Of a stretch of DNA of 64,000 bases, positions 36,142-47,683 are shown piece after piece. Position numbers and translations under genes: made by a program. Position 1 is the stretch's first letter. Every line of letters begins with the position of its first letter. Origin of the DNA: Azolla caroliniana (lineage: Eukaryota; Plantae; Polypodiophyta); the NCBI GenBank assembly GCA_043228905.1, contig JBHGNT010000002.1:12214001-12278000 (forward strand), in the 5' to 3' direction. The notes under the pieces are model-generated. The model made no database searches. It was not told the origin of the DNA and was given only the letters and a program-made list of their open reading frames with translations.

Positions 36142-38345
36142 TTATGACACTATCCCCCTTTTAAAACGACGAGTTCCACGAGTCGTTTTGGATTGAGGAC
36201 CCGGTTTCTCGGGATATCGTCGATGGAAGTCTTCTAGAAGAGCACGAGCATTGGTCACATTCTCGATCGGTTCCCAAATACGCTCGCTGGGACTATATCC
36301 TAGCCAATCGACTAGATAGTAGAGCTTGTTGCGAACAATCTTGGAATCGAGGATGGCAGCGACCTCGTACTCAGGTCCATCTTCGAGCTCGATAGGAGGT
36401 GGTGGTTGTATAGTACGTCCTGGGATAGTGCTCTCGTGATAGGGTTCGAGGAGAGAACTATGAAACACCGGATGTATCCGAAGTTGCGGAGGTAGCTCGA
36501 GACGAAAAGCGACATCATTAATCTTCCCGATAATACGGAAAGGACCTAATCGCCGATAATCCAACTTCTCACATGGGCGAGTAGTCTTGATGTGTCGTCG
36601 TAGCAGCCACACCCGATCTCCAATGTTAAAACTGGATGGAAGTCGATGACGATCTGCGTAGTCCTTGTGTGATTGTTGAGCTTGCTGGAGTTGAGTAGAT
36701 AAATCCGCTTGTATCTTGCGTAATCGCTCCAAACGATCCTCCGCGCAAGGATTTGTGGACACTTCTGGGGTTTCAAGGACACACCACCGGGGATGATATC
36801 CCGTATAAGCGTAGAATGGCGTGACTTTAGTCGATGCGTGGATAGCGTTATTATAGGCAAATTCGGCAAACTGAAGAATATCTGCCCAGTCATTCTGATG
36901 ATAGTTGAGAAAGCACCGCAGATACTGCTCCAGTGTTTGATTTGTTCGTTCGGCTTGACCGTCGGTTTGTGGGTGGTAGCCGGAGGAGAGGTTACAAGTG
37001 ACCTTCAGCATTTTAAAAAGGTGCTTCCAGAATTTTGACACAAACTGGGGTCCACGATCGCTGATGATATTATCAGGGAGTCCATGATGCCGACATACTT
37101 CCCGCATGACAATTTCGGCGGTGTCTTCACTAGATATTTCTTTAGTACATGGTAAGAAATGAGCCATCTTCGTATATCGATCCACCACTGTGAGAATCGC
37201 ACTGAATCCCTTAGAGACTGGAAGATCTGTAATGAAGTCAAGAGCAATGGATTGCCATGGCTTGCTTGGAATTGGTAATGGTTCTAATAAACCATATGGA
37301 TGATGTCTTGGCATTTTCGCTCTGCAGCATGTATCGCAAGTCCGAACAAAATCTTCGACAAATTGTCGCATATGGGGCCACCAGAATGATCGTTGTACTA
37401 AATCTAATGTTTTAGTACTACCAAAATGTCCTGCTGTATATGTGTCATGGCAATTTTGTACTACTCGAAGGCGGCAAGAACCATTAGGAACATACAAAAG
37501 TTCTTTAAAGAAGAGTAATCCATCACAGTATTTGAATTGCCGATAATCCGTACCTGGTGATTGTGATTGTGAACATGACGCTCGAGAGGGGTCAATTTGT
37601 GCTAGTATAGCTTGGGCGAAAGCGTCAGTCTTCAAGTCCTCACGTATAGTATTGGTAATGTCGGAATCCACGGGCATGTCAAAGACCTGTGCTGCTTGCA
37701 GTCGTGCTGGACCCAAGATTACTTGCTTCTGGTTATCGAAAGCTGGCTCACCGGGACGTGGTGTTAGATACGAACGCCGTGATAATGCATCTGCCTTCCC
37801 TTGGTGCTTCCCCGGACGATATGTAATTTTGAAGTCGAAGCGTGTGAGGAAGTGGGCCCACCGAGCTTGACGTCGATTCAGTACACGAGCATCTTGAAAG
37901 TAGGCAAGGTTCTTGTGGTCACTGAATACAGTGACCTGATGAGGAGATCCCTCCAGGAAATGCCTCCATTGCATAAAAGAATCAACTATTGCTAATAGCT
38001 CTTTATCATGAATTTCGTAGTTGATTTCGGCGGCGTCAAACTTACGGGAGTGGAAAGCCACAGGATGTAGCTTCTCGTCGTTACCCTGTTGTGACAGAAT
38101 GCTCCCCAATGCGAAATCCGATGCGTCAGCTTCGATAATGAATGGTTTTTCCGGATCCACATGACCTAAAATTGGAGCTGATGTAAACGCCTTCTTAAGA
38201 CTCTCGAAAGCCATGTCCGTCTCTTTAGACCAAATGAATGATTGTCCCTTCCTGGTGAGCTGTGTGAGAGGCAGCACAATTTTTGAGTAATTTTGTATGA
38301 ACTTCCGGTAAAAATTTGCAAAGCCTAGGAAGCATTGCACATCCC
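36142..38345 (-). pseudogene. pol: 5'-truncated pol (RNase H, integrase, chromodomain), unit 2
   Basis: Near-identical to unit 1. Confidence 0.93.
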
Positions 38346-39013
38346 ATAGTTTTAGGATTACCATGGTTCGAGTTACATAACCCAAACATAGATTGGAGGA
38401 CAAGGGAAATCCGGTTGCGACAAACCCAAGGATCTACCCAGAAGGTTGCAACCATTTCGCTACATCAGTTGCGTGAGGAAGGGCGCAAGGAGGAAATGTT
38501 TCTCTTCGCAATATCAGTACAACCCTCCAGCACCGCCAAAGAGGAGTCCACCGTTCAACTTCCCGAGAAGTATCGTCAGTATGCTGATGTGTTCGATAAA
38601 GTACAAGCCAACACACTTCCTCATCATCGGCCGTACGATTGCGCCATCGACTTACAACCGGGAAAAGAGCCGCCATGGGGGCCGATCTACAATTTGTCAC
38701 CAACCGAGCTAGAAGTCCTCCGAGCCTATATAGAGGAGAATTTGGAGAACGGTTTCATTCGGCATTCGAAATCTCCAGCCGGTGCACCCATTTTCTTCGT
38801 CAAGAAAAAAGATGGCTCGCTTCGACTCGTTGTAGATTACCGTGGCTTGAATAAGGTCACAGTAAGAAATAGGTATGCTCTGTCAGGAACTCTATTAAGG
38901 CAGAGAAGGAATTAGTACTAAAAGAAGGATTAGTACTATTGTTGGGGAATAGTACTAAGACAGAGAAGGATTAGGACTAGGAGAGGTGTCGAACTTTGAG
39001 AGAAGTAATGAGT

Positions 39014-39049
<36 letters not shown>

Positions 39050-39331
39050 TGATGCGAAAGATATATGTATTATATGAAGGAAGATATACAACAGTAGTTA
39101 GAAGGCTTAAGACTGGCGTTGAACCGATTTGGTTCGAACTAATGCCTTGCGCCTCCTTTTATAGTGTCTTCAGGAATACTCCTGAAGTTTCTAGAATGTT
39201 CCAGAGAAATCTGGAATATACATCAATTTCCCAATAAAACCTAAATGAAAATAATATCCTTCAAATTACAATTCATAACCTAATGGTAAAGTCTCGACCC
39301 GTGTAACAAAAGGTTATGGGTTCGAGTCTAG

Positions 39332-41535
39332 TTATGACACTATCCCCCTTTTAAAACGACGAGTTCCACGAGTCGTTTTGGATTGAGGACCCGGTTTCTC
39401 GGGATATCGTCGATGGAAGTCTTCTAGAAGAGCACGAGCATTGGTCACATTCTCGATCGGTTCCCAAATACGCTCGCTGGGACTATATCCTAGCCAATCG
39501 ACTAGATAGTAGAGCTTGTTGCGAACAATCTTGGAATCGAGGATGGCAGCGACCTCGTACTCAGGTCCATCTTCGAGCTCGATAGGAGGTGGTGGTTGTA
39601 TAGTACGTCCTGGGATAGTGCTCTCGTGATAGGGTTCGAGGAGAGAACTATGAAACACCGGATGTATCCGAAGTTGCGGAGGTAGCTCGAGACGAAAAGC
39701 GACATCATTAATCTTCCCGATAATACGGAAAGGACCTAATCGCCGATAATCCAACTTCTCACATGGGCGAGTAGTCTTGATGTGTCGTCGTAGCAGCCAC
39801 ACCCGATCTCCAATGTTAAAACTGGATGGAAGTCGATGACGATCTGCGTAGTCCTTGTGTGATTGTTGAGCTTGCTGGAGTTGAGTAGATAAATCCGCTT
39901 GTATCTTGCGTAATCGCTCCAAACGATCCTCCGCGCAAGGATTTGTGGACACTTCTGGGGTTTCAAGGACACACCACCGGGGATGATATCCCGTATAAGC
40001 GTAGAATGGCGTGACTTTAGTCGATGCGTGGATAGCGTTATTATAGGCAAATTCGGCAAACTGAAGAATATCTGCCCAGTCATTCTGATGATAGTTGAGA
40101 AAGCACCGCAGATACTGCTCCAGTGTTTGATTTGTTCGTTCGGCTTGACCGTCGGTTTGTGGGTGGTAGCCGGAGGAGAGGTTACAAGTGACCTTCAGCA
40201 TTTTAAAAAGGTGCTTCCAGAATTTTGACACAAACTGGGGTCCACGATCGCTGATGATATTATCAGGGAGTCCATGATGCCGACATACTTCCCGCATGAC
40301 AATTTCGGCGGTGTCTTCACTAGATATTTCTTTAGTACATGGTAAGAAATGAGCCATCTTCGTATATCGATCCACCACTGTGAGAATCGCACTGAATCCC
40401 TTAGAGACTGGAAGATCTGTAATGAAGTCAAGAGCAATGGATTGCCATGGCTTGCTTGGAATTGGTAATGGTTCTAATAAACCATATGGATGATGTCTTG
40501 GCATTTTCGCTCTGCAGCATGTATCGCAAGTCCGAACAAAATCTTCGACAAATTGTCGCATATGGGGCCACCAGAATGATCGTTGTACTAAATCTAATGT
40601 TTTAGTACTACCAAAATGTCCTGCTGTATATGTGTCATGGCAATTTTGTACTACTCGAAGGCGGCAAGAACCATTAGGAACATACAAAAGTTCTTTAAAG
40701 AAGAGTAATCCATCACAGTATTTGAATTGCCGATAATCCGTACCTGGTGATTGTGATTGTGAACATGACACTCGAGAGGGGTCAATTTGTGCTAGTATAG
40801 CTTGGGCGAAAGCGTCAGTCTTCAAGTCCTCACGTATAGTATTGGTAATGTCGGAATCCACGGGCATGTCAAAGACCTGTGCTGCTTGCAGTCGTGCTGG
40901 ACCCAAGATTACTTGCTTCTGGTTATCGAAAGCTGGCTCACCGGGACGTGGTGTTAGATACGAACGCCGTGATAATGCATCTGCCTTCCCTTGGTGCTTC
41001 CCCGGACGATATGTAATTTTGAAGTCGAAGCGTGTGAGGAAGTGGGCCCACCGAGCTTGACGTCGATTCAGTACACGAGCATCTTGAAAGTAGGCAAGGT
41101 TCTTGTGGTCACTGAATACAGTGACCTGATGAGGAGATCCCTCCAGGAAATGCCTCCATTGCATAAAAGAATCAACTATTGCTAATAGCTCTTTATCATG
41201 AATTTCGTAGTTGATTTCGGCGGCGTCAAACTTACGGGAGTGGAAAGCCACAGGATGTAGCTTCTCGTCGTTACCCTGTTGTGACAGAATGCTCCCCAAT
41301 GCGAAATCCGATGCGTCAGCTTCGATAATGAATGGTTTTTCCGGATCCACATGACCTAAAATTGGAGCTGATGTAAACGCCTTCTTAAGACTCTCGAAAG
41401 CCATGTCCGTCTCTTTAGACCAAATGAATGATTGTCCCTTCCTGGTGAGCTGTGTGAGAGGCAGCACAATTTTTGAGTAATTTTGTATGAACTTCCGGTA
41501 AAAATTTGCAAAGCCTAGGAAGCATTGCACATCCC
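39332..41535 (-). pseudogene. pol: 5'-truncated pol (RNase H, integrase, chromodomain), unit 3
   Basis: Near-identical to unit 2. Confidence 0.93.
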
Positions 41536-42203
41536 ATAGTTTTAGGATTACCATGGTTCGAGTTACATAACCCAAACATAGATTGGAGGACAAGGGAAAT
41601 CCGGTTGCGACAAACCCAAGGATCTACCCAGAAGGTTGCAACCATTTCGCTACATCAGTTGCGTGAGGAAGGGCGCAAGGAGGAAATGTTTCTCTTCGCA
41701 ATATCAGTACAACCCTCCAGCACCGCCAAAGAGGAGTCCACCGTTCAACTTCCCGAGAAGTATCGTCAGTATGCTGATGTGTTCGATAAAGTACAAGCCA
41801 ACACACTTCCTCATCATCGGCCGTACGATTGCGCCATCGACTTACAACCGGGAAAAGAGCCGCCATGGGGGCCGATCTACAATTTGTCACCAACCGAGCT
41901 AGAAGTCCTCCGAGCCTATATAGAGGAGAATTTGGAGAACGGTTTCATTCGGCATTCGAAATCTCCAGCCGGTGCACCCATTTTCTTCGTCAAGAAAAAA
42001 GATGGCTCGCTTCGACTCGTTGTAGATTACCGTGGCTTGAATAAGGTCACAGTAAGAAATAGGTATGCTCTGTCAGGAACTCTATTAAGGCAGAGAAGGA
42101 ATTAGTACTAAAAGAAGGATTAGTACTATTGTTGGGGAATAGTACTAAGACAGAGAAGGATTAGGACTATGAGAGGTGTCGAACTTTGAGAGAAGTAATG
42201 AGT

Positions 42204-42239
<36 letters not shown>

Positions 42240-42521
42240 TGATGCGAAAGATATATGTATTATATGAAGGAAGATATACAACAGTAGTTAGAAGGCTTAA
42301 GACTGGCGTTGAACCGATTTGGTTCGAACTAATGCCTTGCGCCTCCTTTTATAGTGTCTTCAGGAATACTCCTGAAGTTTCTAGAATGTTCCAGAGAAAT
42401 CTGGAATATACATCAATTTCCCAATAAAACCTAAATGAAAATAATATCCTTCAAATTACAATTCATAACCTAATGGTAAAGTCTCGACCCGTGTAACAAA
42501 AGGTTATGGGTTCGAGTCTAG

Positions 42522-44470
42522 TTATGACACTATCCCCCTTTTAAAACGACGAGTTCCACGAGTCGTTTTGGATTGAGGACCCGGTTTCTCGGGATATCGT
42601 CGATGGAAGTCTTCTAGAAGAGCACGAGCATTGGTCACATTCTCGATCGGTTCCGAAATACGCTCGCTGGGACTATATCCTAGCCAATCGACTAGATAGT
42701 AGAGCTTGTTGCGAACAATCTTGGAATCGAGGATGGCAGCGACCTCGTACTCAGGTCCATCTTCGAGCTCGATAGGAGGTGGTGGTTGTATAGTACGTCC
42801 TGGGATAGTGCTCTCGTGATAGGGTTCGAGGAGAGAACTATGAAACACCGGATGTATCCGAAGTTGCGGAGGTAGCTCGAGACGAAAAGCGACATCATTA
42901 ATCTTCCCGATAATACGGAAAGGACCTAATCGCCGATAATCCAACTTCTCACATGGGCGAGTAGTCTTGATGTGTCGTCGTAGCAGCCACACCCGATCTC
43001 CAATGTTAAAACTGGATGGAAGTCGATGACGATCTGCGTAGTCCTTGTGTGATTGTTGAGCTTGCTGGAGTTGAGTAGATAAATCCGCTTGTATCTTGCG
43101 TAATCGCTCCAAACGATCCTCCGCGCAAGGATTTGTGGACACTTCTGGGGTTTCAAGGACACACCACCGGGGATGATATCCCGTATAAGCGTAGAATGGC
43201 GTGACTTTAGTCGATGCGTGGATAGCGTTATTATAGGCAAATTCGGCAAACTGAAGAATATCTGCCCAGTCATTCTGATGATAGTTGAGAAAGCACCGCA
43301 GATACTGCTCCAGTGTTTGATTTGTTCGTTCGGCTTGACCGTCGGTTTGTGGGTGGTAGCCGGAGGAGAGGTTACAAGTGACCTTCAGCATTTTAAAAAG
43401 GTGCTTCCAGAATTTTGACACAAACTGGGTCCACGATCGCTGATGATATTATCAGGGAGTCCATGATGCCGACATACTTCCCGCATGACAATTTCGGCGG
43501 TGTCTTCACTAGATATTTCTTTAGTACATGGTAAGAAATGAGCCATCTTCGTATATCGATCCACCACTGTGAGAATCGCACTGAATCCCTTAGAGACTGG
43601 AAGATCTGTAATGAAGTCAAGAGCAATGGATTGCCATGGCTTGCTTGGAATTGGTAATGGTTCTAATAAACCATATGGATGATGTCTTGGCATTTTCGCT
43701 CTGCAGCATGTATCGCAAGTTCCGAACAAAATCTTCGACAAATTGTCGCATATGGGGCCACCAGAATGATCGTTGTACTAAATCTAATGTTTTAGTACTA
43801 CCAAAATGTCCTGCTATATATGTGTCATGGCAATTTTGTACTACTCGAAGGCGGCAAGAACCATTAGGAACATACAAAAGTTCTTTAAAGAAGAGTAATC
43901 ATCACAGTATTTGAATTGCCGATAATCCGTACCTGGTGATTGTGATTGTGAACATGACGCTCGAGAGGGGTCAATTTGTGCTAGTATAGCTTGGGCGAAA
44001 GCGTCAGTCTTCAAGTCCTCACGTATAGTATTGTAATGTCGGAATCCACGGGCATGTCAAAGACCTGTGCTGCTTGCAGTCGTGCTGGACCCAAGATTAC
44101 TTGCTTCTGGTTATCGAAAGCTGGCTCACTCGGGACTGAGTGGTGTTAGATACGAACGCCGTGATAATGCATCTGCCTTCCTTGGTGTGCTTCCGCGACG
44201 ATATGTATTTTGAAGTCGAAGCGTGTGAGGAAGTGGGCCACCGAGCTTGACGTCGATTCAGTACACGAGCATCTTGAAAGTAGGCAAGGTTCTTGTGGTC
44301 AACTGTATACAGTGACCTGATGAGGAGATCCCTCCAGGAAATGCCTCCATTGCATAAAAGATCAACTATTGCTAATAGCTCTTTATCATGAATTTCGTAG
44401 TTGATTTCGGCGGCGTCATACATTACGGGAGTGGAAAGCCACAGGATGTAGCTTCTCGTCGCGTTACCCT
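42522..44470 (-). pseudogene. pol: Partial pol, unit 4, with indels accumulating toward the gap
   Basis: Same sequence as units 2-3, with single-base indels from about 43430 onward. Confidence 0.85.
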
Positions 44471-44491
44471 GAGTACTCTGCTTGACTGATA

Positions 44492-44591
44492 NNNNNNNNN
44501 NNNNNNNNNNNNNNNNNNNNNNNNNNNNNNNNNNNNNNNNNNNNNNNNNNNNNNNNNNNNNNNNNNNNNNNNNNNNNNNNNNNNNNNNNNN
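44492..44591. other. Assembly gap (100 N)
   Basis: Run of exactly 100 N; true size unknown. Confidence 1.
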
Positions 44592-46232
44592 ACTCTTTTT
44601 CCCGCAATGGGTACGGCCAACCTTGATCCGTCTAGTTCCGCAAGGTGGTATGTGGCATTATCGTTGGCACTTGTCACCACATACAGCCCGAACCATCTTC
44701 TTGCGAACTTCCTTGTTGTACTGTGTTGATTGTCAAGGGTGTTGTCGTAAACCAAAACCCAATCCCCTTCTTCAATCTTCTTGGGACGAAGTCGATGCGT
44801 GTTGTCGAACCGAACTTTGTTCTTTACTCGGGGTGCCTCCATCATCTTTCGTGCTTTTTCTAAATCTTTAGGTCTTCTTTCAAGTTGCCTTATCCGCGCC
44901 GCTAATAACTCTTCTCAGCTCATCTCGTTCTCCCACGGTATCGCTACCCATGAGGTGATCGTCTTTTCGATAGGCATAATCGGCTTTTGTCCATACATAA
45001 GCTCCGTCGGCATATACCCTATCACCGAGCTATGTGTCGTTCTATCGGCCCACAAAGCATAGGGTAATAGTCGTGGCCAATTCCCGACTCGACCGTTGCA
45101 TGCTCGTACGATGGCTTTAACGATAGGTCCATGCCCTCGCTCGATCTTCCCATTCGCTTCCGGATTGTAGGCAGTCGTGAGGGAGAGCCTCACGCCTAGT
45201 CTTTCGAAGAGCTCTGTCGCTTCGTGCGCGTCCAACTCCCCTCGGTCGGCCACTATCTTCCCTACACATCCATATCAGCAAACAACCTCTTCAAGCAGAA
45301 ATTTGCAAACGGCTGAAGTCGTCTTATTTGTCAAGGCTCGTCCTTCCACTTGATTTGTTAAGTCTTCCCTTGCCAGCACTAAGTACTTCATTTGTCCCAC
45401 TCCCATTGGCATCAAGACCAGATCCACCATCCATTTGAAGTGTATGGTGAGTGGGTATGTCGGTTGTAACTCATCACGATGACCTATATTTGAATATATT
45501 TGGCAAGTTTCGCATATGGACATGAAATGGAGTACATCTTTGTACATGCTTGGCCACCAGTACTTCTCCTTCAACTTTTCGAACGTCGCCCATGTTCCTC
45601 TATGACCTGCCCAAGCACTCTCGTGGAATTCAGTCATCAGCGTCTCTTGCTCTTCTTTCTTTACCACCACTCGACGTGGTATTCCTATCCTTCTTTTTGG
45701 ATGTCGCCAAAGGAATCCTCCGTTCAAGAAGTATTGGTAAGCTTTCTTTCGGATTCGTAGGGCCTCCTCCTTTGTCAACGAAGCATCTGTCGTCAATGTT
45801 CTTAGGAATCTACCGATGAGTATCCACTCTCCTTCGTACTCGTTCTCGTTGAAGGCGTGGAGGGTTTGCGTGTCCTGGTCTTCCGCCGACAATCGAGCCA
45901 TCTTGAAGAAGTCGAGGGCGACATCTTCATCTTCCGAAACCATGTTACTTCCATTTGAAAATATTGCCCTCGATAGCATGTCAGCCATGGCGTTCTTCTT
46001 CCCTGCAATGTGACGGATCTCTGGGTTTAAAGACTTGATGTAGGCGATCCACCTTAGCATAGCAAGATCTGGGGTCACACATCCCGAGACCATTCCGAGA
46101 ATTGGGAGACAATCTGTCTCTATTATCACTTCTGACCCGATTAGGTAATCTTTGTCCGTCTTCACTGCCGACACAATACCCCAAAGTTCCCACTTGACTT
46201 GGGCATATCTTTGTTGCCGTTCGCTGAGAACC
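44592..46232 (-). pseudogene. pol: RNase H-integrase fragment of a third, unrelated Ty3/Gypsy family
   Basis: IIETDCLP, NAMADMLSR, FHESAWAGHRG, CETCQ, WMVDLV, ADRGEL, YNPEANGKIERGH, RRWFGLY. Confidence 0.88.
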
Positions 46233-46523
46233 TGTCATAACTAGACTCGAACCCATAACCTTTTGTTACACGGGTCGAGACTTTACCATTAGGTTATGAA
46301 TTGTAATTTGAAGGATATTATTTTCATTTAGGTTTTATTGGGAAATTGATGTATATTCCAGATTTCTCTGGAACATTCTAGAAACTTCAGGAGTATTCCT
46401 GAAGACACTATAAAAGGAGGCGCAAGGCATTAGTTCGAACCAAATCGGTTCAACGCCAGTCTTAAGCCTTCTAACTACTGTTGTATATCTTCCTTCATAT
46501 AATACATATATCTTTCGCATCAT

Positions 46524-46568
<45 letters not shown>

Positions 46569-46702
46569 ACTCATTCCTTCTCTCAAAAGTTCGACACCTC
46601 TCATAGTACTAATCCTTCTCTGTCTTAGTACTATTCCCCAACAATAGTACTAATCCTTCTTTTAGTACTAATTCCTTCTCTGCCTTAATAGAGTTCCTGA
46701 CA

Positions 46703-46716
46703 GTTTGAACCGATTT
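46703..46716 (+). promoter_or_regulatory. Non-tRNA (self-priming type) primer-binding site
   Basis: gtTTGAACCGATTT is complementary to AAATCGGTTCAA at 46442-46453 in the LTR, 33 nt after TATAAAA; no TGG tRNA PBS. Confidence 0.8.
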
Positions 46717-47287
46717 CTGGGTGCCTGTCTGGTCTTTTCTCTCCCTCTTCCTTCTGTCTCCCTCCTTTCCTACTAGTCTCTTATTTCCCTTTTCCTTCAT
46801 CCCATGGCCACCGTTAGCGCTGAAGAGTATCAATCCGTTTTCTCGGAATTTCAATGCTTGAAAGAGAAGTTTCATGCTTTGGAACAAGAAAATCAACGCT
46901 TGTTGGGGGATCTTCAGCAAATTTCCTTAGAAAAGCAGCAAACGCAACAACAGCATGGGGAACTTGCGTTACGCGTGCAACAACTCGAAGCAACCATCGT
47001 AGCAATGCAACAACAAGGGCACGGAGCACAAGGGATTCATAAAGAACCCAAGATTGGCCTTCCCACGAAGTTCGATGGAACGCGATCGCAGTTTAGAGGG
47101 TTTCTTAACCAGGTACGGTTAGTTATTCAAATGCATCCGTCCCGATATCCCACCGATGCATCACGAGTGGGTTTAGTAGGGACGTTGTTAAATGGCTCAG
47201 CATTAGCATGGTTTGCTCCGCTACTAGAAAAGGAATCTCCAGTACTAAATAATTTTGAAGAATTCATAAGTGAGTTTAAAGCATGTT

Positions 47288-47648
47288 TGTCATAACTAGA
47301 CTCGAACCCATAACCTTTTGTTACACGGGTCGAGACTTTACCATTAGGTTATGAATTGTAATTTGAAGGATATTATTTTCATTTAGGTTTTATTGGGAAA
47401 TTGATGTATATTCCAGATTTCTCTGGAACATTCTAGAAACTTCAGGAGTATTCCTGAAGACACTATAAAAGGAGGCGCAAGGCATTAGTTCGAACCAAAT
47501 CGGTTCAAACTGTCAGGAACTCTATTAAGGCAGAGAAGGAATTAGTACTAAAAGAAGGATTAGTACTATTGTTGGGGAATAGTACTAAGACAGAGAAGGA
47601 TTAGTACTATGAGAGGTGTCGAACTTTTGAGAGAAGGAATGAGTGAGT

Positions 47649-47683
<35 letters not shown>

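Larger units (their letters stand above)
32488..44491. repeat. Tandem array of 3190-bp units: LTR(-), RH-INT-chromodomain(-), inverted PR/RT piece(+); three full units plus a partial fourth
   Basis: LTRs at 32488, 35691, 38881, 42071; ORFs repeat at a 3190-bp period; identical inversion junction acatccc at 35149, 38339, 41529. Confidence 0.93.

Noticed and set aside
43430-44491. Accelerated mutation of the fourth tandem unit
   Set aside because: Single-base indels increase toward the N gap, typical of low-coverage contig-end errors.
44423-44871. ORFs spanning the gap
   Set aside because: They translate through 100 Ns and join unrelated sequences.
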